DNA from: Eledone cirrhosa | Taxonomy: Eukaryota | DNA: 64,000 bases | Assembly (NCBI GenBank): GCA_964016885.1 | Contig: OZ024740.1 | Coordinates: forward strand, 121,892,001 to 121,956,000 | Reading direction: 5' to 3' | In this document: positions 51,870 through 64,000 of the stretch, piece after piece | How positions within the stretch are numbered: position 1 is the stretch's first letter | How the letters are laid out: each line of letters starts with the position of its first letter | Position numbers and translations under genes: made by a program | Notes under the pieces: generated by a model | What the model was told of the DNA's origin: nothing | The model's input: only the letters and a program-made list of their open reading frames with translations | Database searches by the model: none

Positions 51870-54800
51870 TAAGCCACACAGTGCTCACATTAAGGAAGCA
51901 CTCATGATAATAACAATTTAAAAAACAAAAAAAATAGAAATTCTCCTGACCAAGAAATACAGGGATGGCGGCCGGCGAGGAATAGCCGTGTCTCTAAGGG
52001 AGGATGACCTCTATAGTCTTGGTTGACCCTCGTCCTAGGAGTGGTAACACGAAATGTTTGCCCCTTGGCGCGTTAAGGATAAACCGCAACAAAAAAAATC
52101 AATGTCAAATGATAAAATATCATACCGTATCGGCCGTCACCCGGGTCAAAATGGGCCGCGTCCCTCAGAGAGGAACCGGACTGGGGTCGAAAAATCAGCT
52201 GATGGTTCGAACCTTCCCATCAATTCGGAGCTGGAGACCTCCCATAATCGGAATACTCCTACTGTTGGCGCTCCATGCTCACCACCAAGAAATCCAAAGT
52301 AAAATAGAGAAAAATGGACAAGGGAAGACAATAAAGAAGTCCTTGACGCTTTCTACACTGCCATGTACTAACCATCAAATAGATCGAATACAGAACAGAC
52401 ATATATCAACTAGAAAAAGAAACATCCCAAAAACAGAGGTTATATTGACAGTAACCTGCTAGCCAATATACGAATAAATATTGTTAAAACAAGTTACTAA
52501 CTGATATAGAAATTGATCAGATCAAGCAATTAGCACAAAGTCAGCGAAGTGAAAGTGAAACCTGTGTCAGTGAAACCGAGGTAAATTGTAACACTTCGAA
52601 TCCCAGGGTTGGGGCGGAATCACTGACAGCAGAACTAATAAAGAAAGGATCGAAAAAATGGAGTGAGTGCATGCTCAAGATGAAACTGAAAATGAAAACG
52701 ATGAGATCGGAAATGATAAAAAAATGAATGAGAATGAATTTGCCAGCTTGAAGAATGAAATTATGATGAAAATGAAAGTATATGTCATGGGGGCGCGAGA
52801 CACTCTCCCTAAGATCCAGAGGTCCAAATAGAATCAAAAGATAATACACAAGACTAACATAATCCTGAAAAAACATTATCATCACAAACAAACAACACAT
52901 TATGATCTAAATCGTCTCTATTATGCATCGGCTAAAGTCACCACTCACATATGTGGAGTGAAAATGAAAAAGAACAAAGGAATTCCTCCAAGAAACCTAC
53001 TTGGCAAGAGAACATCAATCGCCAAATAAACCTTCTCCGATCTGACATACACATTTTAACAAACCACAAAATAGGTGAATATGTTAAACAAACTAAACTT
53101 AGAAAATTGAAAAGAAAATACAGTTTAAAATCAACAAGTGACATATACATTCTGATAGAAATAATCAAGCAAAAGGTGTCGGCCAAAGCTGCTCGAATAA
53201 GGCGCTTTGAAAAACCATCTAGATACTATAAGGACAATAATATGTTGAAAAACAACCAAAGAAACTTCTACAGAAAAATTGGCAAGTCAACAATAACTGC
53301 TAAATCAATACCACCAAAGGAGGAAGTCCAAGAATTCTGGGAAAAGATCTGGGCCGAAGAAAAAGTTCATAATATACATGCCCCATGCATAGACAGACAA
53401 ATGAAAGATACAGCTCACCTTGAGGAACAAACATGGGAAATATGACCGTCGAACAGTTGCGTTTGGCTCTTAGATAACCCAACAAATTGAAATCCCCAGT
53501 AAAAGACAAAATATCACATTTTCGGATAAATGCCTTCACAGAATCTCATGAGCTATTAGCCCAACTTTACAATGAAATGGTTAAGGAGCCAGAAAAGATA
53601 CCATCATGACAAGTTAACGGCATTATATTCCTACTTCCGAAGAATGATGAGACAAACAATGCCCAAAATAACAGACCGATAACTTGCTTGACAACAATGT
53701 ATACAATTTTAACATCAGTCCTAACTGAATATACATATGATCACCTGAGAACAAAAGATCTATTTCTCAATGAGCAGAAAGTGTATAAACGAGGCTCATA
53801 TGGCTGTAAAGTTCAGCTTTTAGTTAACCAAATGATGCGGGAAGACTGTCATAATAGATAAACAAGTCTATCAATTGCTTGGATAGATTACAAAAAAGCA
53901 TTTGATAGTTCGCCACACAGTTGGATTGAAAAATGTTTAGAGATTTTCAAAATATCTCCCGTTGTTAGGAGGTTCCTGTCATTCAGTATGAAGACATGGA
54001 AAACGACACTCCTTTTGAATAGTGACAAAAAAATCATTGGAAACTGGAGAAGTTAATATTAGTTGTGGAACATTTTAGTGTGATTCTTTATCACCGCTTG
54101 TATTCTGCATCGCACTTATACCATCAAGTAAAATGCTCAATGAAACTAAACATGGATTTAAAGTCTGTGACAAAACCATTAATCACTTGTTCTACATGGA
54201 TGACCTGAAACTAATGCAAAAAATTATGAACAATTGCAACGTCTATTATAAACTGTGAAGCAGTTCAGTGATGACATTAAAATGGAGTTTGGACTAGATA
54301 AATGCGCCAAAGCAACGTTCACCAGAGGAAAGCTGCTGAAAAGTTCAAACATTAATCTTGATCGGGGGAATGAGATAAGAGAACTTGATCAAGAGGAAAC
54401 TAACAAATATCTAGGTGTTTCTGAAGGAGACGGAATCAAGCACTCGACAATGAGGAGAAGGATAAGGAAGGAATGTTACCGCAGACTAAGAGCAATCTTA
54501 AGAACGGAATTGAATGCAAGGAATAGGATCGATGTCATAAACATGCTTGCCATACAAGTAGTAACCTACAGTTACAATGTCATCAAATGGTCAAGCACAG
54601 AGATCCGTAGGCTCGATACAAAAATTAGAAAATGCTTAACTATGCACAGAATGCATCACCCTAAGCCAGATACAGATAGAATATATCTCCTTAGGAAAGA
54701 AGGGTCGTGGTTTAATCCAGTTAGATATTGCGTTGAAAACTGCAATAATTGGATTATCTACATATCTACATATCACATGATTGGATGATCAAACTCATTT

Positions 54801-55880
54801 TGTAACACGAAAGTATCAAAAGATCATATTCCATTACAATAGAGGCACAAATATACAGTAATGAACTACACATTTCAGAAGTTCCATTTACTGCTGAAAT
54901 GAAAACACAGAAAAATCAAAGCAGGTAAAAGTAACTGCAAAGAAATAACTGCTCCAGAAACTGGCTAAGAAATGGCAAAAAAAGCCTCTGTATGGAAAAT
55001 ACCCAGAAAGAGCTAACAATCTTGATGTTGACAAAACTTTAACCTATCAGTGGTTGGCATCATCTGAACTGAAATCGTAAACTGAAGGACTAATTATATC
55101 AGCACAAGATCAGTGTCTGCCAACAAAAAATTACCAAGCCAACATAATAATAAATGGATGCAACCCATTATTCCGTGTACGTAAAAAACAACCAGAGACC
55201 ATTGAGCATATAATTTCAACGTGCAGTCCTATAGCTCCAACCGAATACCTAGACAGGCACAACAGAGCCGCACAATACAAACATTGGATAATGTGTAAGC
55301 ATTTTGACCTGCCCCTTCAAAAGAATTGGTGGGAACATCAACCACTTCCCGTACTTGAAAAAGATCACATCTCAATCTCGTGGAACTTTAGCATCAAAAC
55401 AGACCGAAAAATAGATGCAAATAAACCTGATATAATACTGAAGGACTTTAAAAAGAGGGAATGCCTGCTAATTGATATGTCCGTTCCAATAGACAAGAAC
55501 GTGTATATAAAAGCATTTGAAAATTTGAGCAAATACCTAGGGGTAGAAATTTGAAAAATGTGGAAATTGAGAACTAAAACAATACCAGTGGTTGTAGGCG
55601 CTCTAGGAATGAAACCTAAGGGTTCTAATGATTACTTATCGCAAATCCCAGGAAACCCGCGTATAGGAGAAATTCAAAAGATAGTATTAATGGGAACTGT
55701 CCATATACTAAGGAAGATTCTGTCAATATATGTACATCACAAGTCTAAACACCTAAAGATGCATGTGTGTGTATGTATGTTCTTTCTTGAACTTGGTGGT
55801 CATTGTTATCTCTTGAGGTCACTGGTTGTGACATTGTGATAACTCGTATGAACATAAAGCAAGATAAATGCAACTGTAAT
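51870..55880 (+). mobile_element. Near full-length decayed R4/Dong-type element, second family
   Basis: KQKVSAKAARIRRF, DYKKAFD, FYMDDLKL, FGLDKC, NKPDII...D and PVVVGALG in broken frames; ends in (TAA)n at about 55877; 5' boundary approximate. Confidence 0.85.
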
Positions 55881-56042
55881 AATAATAATAGAAATATTGA
55901 TAATCCTCTATAATGTAATCTAAAGACAAGAAAGGATAAAAGGAAAAGGTGATCTTGACGGGATATCAAATTAGGCCATTATGTGTTGTTTTGTCCAACG
56001 CAGTAACGATTTTGGCGACTCAATGGTAGCAAGAAGACGACG

Positions 56043-56130
56043 AAGAAGAAGAAGAAGAAGAAGAAGAAGAAGAAGAAGAAGAAGAAGAAGAAGAAGAAGA
56101 AGAAGAAGAAGAAGAAGAAGAAGAAGAAGA
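56043..56130. repeat. (GAA)n microsatellite
   Basis: Direct reading; shorter GAA tracts at about 10209-10236 and 13485-13528. Confidence 0.95.
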
Positions 56131-56160
56131 ATATATAAGTGGTTGTCGAACTAGAAAATG

Positions 56161-56199
<39 letters not shown>

Positions 56200-56799
56200 T
56201 ATATGGAATAACCATGTTTAGGATAACAGAGGATAGGCAATCGCCATCCTAGCAACGCAAACAAACGCGCGAAAACTTAAAATTTTACTGATTACTTGGC
56301 GCAGAGAAAATAAGTGGAAAAATAGTCAAATATGGTTTCTTATTTTAAGATTCATTTCTTTAAAATGTTCAAATATCAACACTTCCGATTAGCGATCGCT
56401 TAAATAAACATTCATATATTTCCGTCACTAATTTTCTCCTAATGCAGTTTATATATAATATCGTCTCTTTGTAATGTATCATGGATTACGTTACTGATTA
56501 CATAAGACAGTGTAACGCAGTATTCGTTCAATTTCTGCGTATATTGTCAATTACTATTTTATTTGATGTATCATATCGACATGCATATTTATACTTGCGT
56601 ATAATATCAATATGCACATTACACATGCTAGAATAAAACCACATGAAGGGTGTTTTTTCTACAAGTATGTACTAATATCTGTTTGTATTTATATAGCTGC
56701 TAATATACATATATGTGCTGTGTACGTTCGTAACGGAAAAAACGCTCATAGGGAATAGCCGTGCTTAAGATAACAGAGGCTAGAAAATCGCCATTTTTC

Positions 56800-58600
56800 A
56801 TCCCACCCTATATCTATCACCTTCCAGTATGCATGCCTGGTGCTGAACGCCAAAACATTCGTGCACATAGCACGTTAAACCAAGTTCGGCTCAGCGCAGA
56901 GACGGGGTGGACGGAGGCTCCGTAAGCCGTAGTGTAGTCAACCTGTCTACGAGAGCTACCAGCCCGAATAAATTGGTGCACGGTAGATAAGTCCCCTAAG
57001 TCCAGTAAGACAACTTCCCTAGTGTTGGTGGCACGAATAAAAGCACCCAGTCCATGCTGTAAAATGGATGGGTGGATAGGGCCCCTGAGTCCAGTAAGAA
57101 AACCACTCTATTGATGGTGGCAGAAATAAAAGCACCCAGTCCATATTATAAAGTGGTGCTGGTGTTATGAAGGGTATCCAACCATTATATATTGATGCCG
57201 AAAACTATGAGCACAACAAATGAGAATAGGAACAACTGCTTAAATAGCAATAACACTAACCATGTTAGGGCTGCGCACATTAGTGGAGTGGCTGGTGTGG
57301 CCATGTGCGAGAATTCCTCGACCATCATCAAACAATCTCACAACAACTGCGTAAACAGCAATAACACTAACCATGTTAGGGTTGGGAACGGTTGTGGGGT
57401 GGCTGGTGCGGCCATGTGCGAGAACCCCCCCCCCCCGACTGTCATCAAGCAATTGCACAACAGGAACAAGGAGAAGAATATGAAGACGTCGCGTTGCCAC
57501 ACTTAATGTTGGCACACTAACAGGTAAATCTGGTGAGGTAGTATAGATGCTGGAGAGAAGGCGTGTGGTTGTGTGCTGCGTGCAAGGGGTGAAAGGAAGA
57601 TACCTTTGCAAGACTAATCGCAGGCAAACATCTTAGTTGTAAGCTTTTCTGGGTGGGTAATGATGATGGGTTAGGTGGGGTAGTCATTTTACTGGTTGAG
57701 AGATGGACCGATAAGTCAATAGAGGGAGTCAGATTTAGTAATAGAATAATTAGATTAGTTGTAGACAAGTGACTGCTGATAATCATCTCTGCCTATGCTC
57801 CCCAGGCAAGCCTAGGTAAAGAAGAGAAAGTCTGATTTTACGAGCAACTTTTAGAAACAGCCAAAATGACAGAGGACGGAGACATCGTTATGCTGGCAGG
57901 GGACTTCAATGGTTATGTTGGAGAGCTCCAGAATGGATACAATGGGGTACATGGTGGGCATGGTTATGACTCAAGAAGTGAAGAAGGAGTGAGGCTTCTG
58001 GAATTTGGGGATGCAGGTGAACTAACCATTTGCAACACTAACTCCAAGAAACCTACCAACCATCTAATAACCTACAAATCAGGCGAGCACATAATCGAGA
58101 TTGACTTCTTGCTAGTTAGGCAGCGAAGGGTTTCTCCCTGCGTACGAAAAGTTATATGATGACTGTGTGAGATGCGCGATGCTGCATGGTAGTTTGGCAT
58201 GGGCAGCAACTGCAGAGGATACACGACGGCGGGAGAGAAATGGAGCTGGCATGCTGCGTTGGATGTGCAATGTCAATGTGCGTGAAGTGAACGACGAAGC
58301 AAAGATGAGTTGAGACAGAATCTGTGTATAAGACGGATAAGTTATAGTGTACGGAAGAGAAGACTGCGATGGTATGGACATGTGTGCGCACGGAGGATGA
58401 CCGCTGGGTAAAGAAGTGCCAAGAAATCCCAGTAGAAAGAAGACGCAATAGAGGAAGACGACGAAGAACAGACCTGAGATCGCTGAAGCTCACAGAGGAG
58501 ATGACGAAGCACCGTGACAAGTGGAGAGATGCTGTGCTGAATATGACCCGCCCCACCCTTGCAAGCAGGGAAAAGCGGAGGTAAAATGATGAGTATGATG
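56800..58600 (+). mobile_element. RTE-clade LINE with the RT domain deleted
   Basis: APE remnants (TLNVGTLTGKS, ISAYAPQ, LAGDFNGYVG, IDFLLVR) join at about 58130 to the C-terminus (AMLHGS, MLRWMC, RLRWYGHV). The tail ends in ATGATGA-like repeats; 5' boundary approximate. Confidence 0.8.
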
Positions 58601-58639
58601 CTTATGATGATATATATATATATATATATGAAGGGCGGG

Positions 58640-60215
58640 TAAAATTCTCAGAGATGCATCGATGAGTGATCTCCAGCGGTCTTTATCCATCATCATCGCC
58701 GCCATATCCATCTCTCCCAGAGAACACAGTCTGTTCTTACGGCATCAATATATGTCAACATCGATCTCCCTCTTCTTGTGTGTCCGTGTAGGGGTTCTCA
58801 CAGGATCACTGATTGCAGCAGTTTCAACTCTGCATGCGGGTGAGCATGTCCAGCTAATCAGTCTCCTCTGTGTTAATTAAAGAGCAGAATTTGGGAGGCT
58901 TCCATACAATTCTAAGTTCTTCATCCTCACTGTATACTTATTAATGTTCAGAGCCATCCTCAGCATTTTGTGTAGCACGCATCCACCCTTAGAATGAGTT
59001 TCTTTTGTCAATGTCTAAGTCTAAGACTCGTACACTAGCACCGACTCCACTGTAGCAACGAAGAAACGGATCTTTAGGTCTAACGAATTTCCAACTTCTA
59101 CACCGATCTCAAACTGTAGCACGCTGTCCAGGCATTGTTCTTCCTCTCAACCACATAATCCTCCGTGTTCCCAATATGAGCTCCTAGATAAATGAAGTCC
59201 TCAACAAACTCTAGTGGCTTCCAGCCTACATAATCTTCATAATCTTCTCTGGTTTCTTAATGTCCTCTACAGACTTCGTCTTACTCTCATTCGTTCTCAG
59301 CCTTACACTCATCGACACAATCTCCACCTCCTGCATCAACTCCACTGCCTCCTTCATTGTGTTTGTCAACAGAAATATGTCATCAGCAAATTCAACATAT
59401 AATATCGTTTTAGCCTTAACTCTCTTGCTTTGAGCCAGTGCTACAATAATGCCAGAATCCTGGTGTTTCTCCAGCGCAAGACCCATACAATCGTCCACTG
59501 TAATGGTAAAATGTTAGGGAACCAATCTATCTCCCCGGCGCACCCCAACCAATATCTCAAAGCACTCCGACATCACATCAAGTGTAAAGACTTGCGCTCT
59601 GGTATTGGTGTAGAGCAGTGATATCATGTCCACTATCTTCTGGGGGATGTTATAAGCCTGTAAGATCGGCATTAGCCAGTGATGCTCAACAGATTCAAAG
59701 GCCTTCCTAAAGTCAATGAAAACTATGACAGCAGAAAGGCTCATTGCTCTAGCATCCTCTAATATCCTCCTCATCATCAGGATGTGACAGGTGTTTAATC
59801 TTCCCTCTCTGAAGCCGTTCTGCTTTTCCCTGAGCTTCTTATCCATCTCGGGCTAGATCCTGTTAAGAATCATCCTGTTGAGGGTCATTGACACAACTGA
59901 CGTCACTGAGATCCCCCTGCACTTGTTGCTGTGTACTTCTCCTATAGCTTATCATCTTCCTTGAAAGCTGCACAGTCATAGATTGCTCTCCGGGGCTGAG
60001 CCTTACACTTTCTTAGGCTCACCCGAACCTCATAACAACTGGTGGCCACTGCCCAGTGTCCTGAAATAATTGTATGGTTCTGTGTTCAGAATACTATTCT
60101 GACACCTCTTTCTAACCAGAGTGAAATCAATTATGGACTTAGACAGGTGCTTATCAGAGATGTGGTTCCACATCCTCCCCGAATTCTTCCTAAACCTTAG
60201 TTTGGTTGCCATCAA
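58640..60215 (-). mobile_element. Decayed RTE/RTEX-like LINE
   Basis: QNGFR, FIDFRKAFES, GVRRGD and FADD RT motifs; APE C-terminal remnant at 60030-60215. Confidence 0.8.
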
Positions 60216-60612
60216 GTTCGCCTTGTATATTTACATTTACACACACACATATAAAGAGAAAAATAGATATCCAAGTAGATAGATTCAGTGAGAAAGAATA
60301 ACATCGGGAGTGAAGGGGGAAATATTGTGTGAGAAAATATCACGAAATTCCTCTGCGTACATCATTTTGGAATGCTAATATCTTGTAAAAAAAAGTCAGT
60401 ACATTTTTACTCTTGTATTTCCCTTAATGAATCTAGTTAAATGGAAACACATTCATCTCTTTTAGTTTTCGCCAATAATCTTTAATATGTTTGCTTTTAA
60501 TTGTTTTGCTTTTGCTTTTTCGCAGGTTATATTATACGATTTCGGCTTGATAATCCATCACCAAGCTTGTTCACAGCATATAACTACTTCAAAAAATGCT
60601 GCGCTATAATAA

Positions 60613-60800
60613 TTGTTTCTTCTATTGACACAAGGTCAGCAATTACCCCAGTGCATTGCTGGTACTTTATTTTATCGACCACGTAAGGATGAAAGGCAAA
60701 GTTAACCTCGGCGGGATTTGAACTCAGAATGGCCAGGGCCGTGACTCTGTGCTGGAAAGCATGGCGACCGACCCTCTACCGATACTGCCAATCCACCGCC
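60613..60800 (-). mobile_element. SINE copy adjacent to a (TAG)n tract
   Basis: Full match to the SINE consensus; ATAATAAT at its tail; (AGT)n at 60801-60883. Confidence 0.9.
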
Positions 60801-60819
60801 AGTAGTAGTAGTAGTAGTG

Positions 60820-60884
<65 letters not shown>

Positions 60885-61527
60885 ATAGATATGTTGTTAT
60901 TGATATTCTTGTTTGCAGGCGATATTGTTATTATTATTATTAATGCATTTATATCAGATAGCGATGACAGAAATCAGTTAGTAATAAAAACATCTTTTGT
61001 CATTGTTAATTCAACCACGAACGACCTTTTGCCTTATTCCTATTTTGTTAATCCCACTGGTTCCCCATACACAAACATAGTGATCATGGGGTATTATGTA
61101 CAAACAGTTGGTAATAAAATTGTATTGTATATGCACATATAGGGGTAAAAACATACACGCATGCACATACAAACATACACACCCACATCGCCACACTGAT
61201 ATACATACAAAATAAATTTCATTATAAAACGTTAGGATCATTACTCCGTTACGGTTTTGCATGATATGCATCCTGTTTTTTTCATCCGGAAACTGTGCCG
61301 CGGGACATACAAAATGGTGAATTTTCACTAAATGAATCAATGACCCCTTTGATATTGTATTTTCTCTGCTTTGCTATATTTACTCCTAACATTACTCTTT
61401 CTTTACAACTTCCAGCTAATTTGCTTATTTCTTTCCGAAAACTTATTGATTTATCGTGGAACTAGACATATATCTATACAACAAAATGATAACAGAATAA
61501 CAAAAAATAAGTGGTATTATTTTGCTA

Positions 61528-61597
<70 letters not shown>
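61528..61597. repeat. (TAG)n microsatellite
   Basis: Direct reading. Confidence 0.95.
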
Positions 61598-61598
<1 letters not shown>

Positions 61599-62079
61599 AT
61601 GAATTATTACTATTGTTATTATTACCGTTTCATCTTCATTTTAGCGAGAAATTCGGCTAGAGCGGTGGCATGTGTTGAGTAGATTAGGCAAGGAACCCAA
61701 GGGCGCCTTTCCTTATTATGAAAAAAAGAAAAAAAAATTAATTTAATGACAGATTATAACTCTTAACGAAGGGAAATTGGAAATTTCGGGTAATAAAACA
61801 ATATCTAAGCGTTTAGCAATACAAATAACATCATCTAATTTGAACTTGGGTGATTCCTTAACGAAATGCGTTCAGCTTGCATTGATACCAAATGACGCCA
61901 AAGTTGTTGTTGCGAGGAAATTCTAAATCATTCAATGATATACAAGCGATAACATCAATGGAATCAATTTGATTCTGGCATTGATAACATTTTTGATAAC
62001 CTCATGTATTCATTTATTAAAGGGTTAATTAAATAGAAATTAGCCTTTCGCGATATAAACTAACTAATAAGGTTTTCGT

Positions 62080-62450
62080 ACTTAGTAAGCAAACTATTTG
62101 TTTCAAATCCTCAGTGTATCACTGCCACTTATCAGGAACCATCATGAGTATATCTACGCTTTCACTTGATCTAAGGGAGGAAATAATTTTAGCTCGTTCA
62201 TATACACATGGCCCAGCAGGTGGTGGATATTAAATTGTTGGATGCGTCGCCAGAATTGAATATCTGATGGATGCTAGCATTCGTCCAATTAGGGAAATTA
62301 CAGTCCTCAACTCTTTGATAGTGTACGATTGTTTGGCTGTTATGATTTGACCAAAACAGATCTGATCAGAAATGTGCGTATGCTCTTTCATTTCTGGTGA
62401 GAGACATTTACAATGTCAGAATGTCCATCATCTCTAAACAGAGAAACAAC
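62080..62450 (-). mobile_element. Possible old CR1/L2-group RT fragment
   Basis: Minus-strand remnant FPNWTNASIHQIFNSGDAS resembles the FPxxWKxAxVxPIxKxGD motif. Confidence 0.35.
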
Positions 62451-63297
62451 ATACACTAAGCGCCACGGGATGATGTGACCTCTGAGGTGCAGGAAAATGC
62501 GTTAGCGGACATGCCTGCAGAGATTCTTGAACAGGCACTTAATAAAGAGAATGATATCAATTGCACGTCAGTGCATTTGATAAAAGATAGGTAAGAATGG
62601 AGGGTATGGTCTAAGTTGATGTATTTATATAAAACATGTACTGGTAGGGTGGATATTACAACAAAGAGAGCACTCTTATTTTTGGTAGCAAGGTAATCCG
62701 TAATCTTTAGGCTTCCCAGATTTGAATCAAGTAATCGTTATACTGAGACACATTTTCCTTTCATCACTTTCTCTTCATTATTATAACTGTTTTCTTCTAC
62801 TTGATGTATTACTTTTCCATCATTTTTGTATTGTCTCCTTGTAATGGATCTGCATCCATTCCCGTATGTCAACTTTGCCTTTCATTCTGCAATGGCGCAA
62901 AAAAACATATCGGCTTGTATATGTCTAACATATATCCCTGCTGTTGTAGTTGTGTTTAGTTCTTTATCGATAGACATATGATCACCTAATTTTGTATATA
63001 CTGGCGTACAGTATGCCTCCGACGTATATGTCCTCTCTTACGTCGGTATTGATGTTATTGAACAATAAATCATCACGAAGAAAGCACTCTTAAACAGTGT
63101 TTGCATTTTAGTAAAACTTGTGCATATGTTTAACCTACAGTTGAACGAAGATTGCCTAATTATATTGAAAGCAATGTTCAACAATGTTACATAGAGATAA
63201 TAAAGAATGACACCTTATCGTACGGAAAACTTCAAGATACATTCGTCACAAAATTATCTTTTGCATTCCTATCTTCATTAATTTAATTATTATTATA

Positions 63298-63682
63298 GGG
63301 CGGTGAATTGGCAGTATCGGTAGAGGGTTGGACGCCATACTTTCTAGCATAGTTACGTCCCTTTACAGTCTGAGTTCAAATCCCGCCGAGGTAACTTTGC
63401 CTTTCATCCTTACGGGGTCGATAAAATAAAGTACCAGTAATGTACTGGATAATTGTTGGCCTTGTGCCCAAAGTAGAAACAATAATTTAATTATTATTGG
63501 TGGATTGGCAGTGTCGGTAGAGAGTCGGACGCCATGCTTTGCAGAGAAGAGTTACGGTCCTTTATGGTTTGAGTTCAAATCCCGCCGAGTTTAACTTTGC
63601 CTTCCATCCTTATGGGGTCGATAAAATAAAGTACCAGTAATACACTGGGTTAAATGCTGGCCTTGTGCCCAAAGTAGAAACA
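63298..63682 (+). mobile_element. Two tandem SINE copies (63298-63482, 63499-63682)
   Basis: A and B boxes and tail present; the first copy is flanked by the repeat TAATTTAATTATTATT (63279-63294, 63483-63498). Confidence 0.92.
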
Positions 63683-63821
63683 CTTATTTTAGTTCATGTA
63701 AAATATATATGGTCGACAACATTGTATAATAGCAAATGTGAAAATAGTTACTAAACCAACGTATCAATAAGGATACATGGGTTTAAATTTTAAATTGTCT
63801 TACACTTCCACAGGTTATGAT

Positions 63822-64000
63822 ACACACACACACACACGCGCACACACAAGCGCACACACACACGTACCCACGCACACACGCACACACGCACATACACACC
63901 CACACATACACACACACGAACACACACGCACACATACACACGCGCACACACACATACACAAACATACACACACACGCACACACGCACACACACACACACA
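63822..64000. repeat. Imperfect (CA)n microsatellite
   Basis: Direct reading. Confidence 0.95.

Noticed and set aside
56905-56935. Twister-like GGCTCCGTAAGCC motif in the RTE leader
   Set aside because: The pseudoknot partners and cleavage-site context of twister could not be found.
62460-62596. Short open frame ending in AG/GTAAGA, a possible host exon
   Set aside because: Weak acceptor, no recognisable protein, no partner exons, and adjacent to a LINE remnant.
63298-63380. tRNA-like A and B boxes
   Set aside because: These are the SINE head; no cloverleaf, so not a tRNA gene.

Overview
AT-rich eukaryotic non-genic DNA with dense microsatellites. It is probably from an octopod cephalopod, judged from memory of the tRNA-derived SINE and RTE tail sequences (not verified). 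I found no supportable host gene; nearly all real ORFs belong to mobile elements. There are two main themes. (1) A 16.4-kb train of five non-LTR retrotransposons (34.6-51.0 kb) is separated only by (AAT)n tracts, with strict polarity: R4/Dong-type RLE elements on +, Tx1/L1-type APE elements on -. A SINE family whose tail resembles the Tx1 3' ends also sits in ATT-rich sites. (2) Several unrelated non-coding repeats in tandem, direct or inverted arrangement, mostly bounded by (TA)n (8 kb and 18-26 kb), carry type I hammerhead ribozyme folds found by eye. They include a 535-bp monomer array with three hammerheads and a 1.27-kb-period element, both with an unusually long stem II (retrozyme/Penelope-like). 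Also present: a DD37D (maT) Tc1/mariner element with perfect TIRs and an in-frame deletion, internally deleted Tx1 and RTE copies, and older LINE debris.
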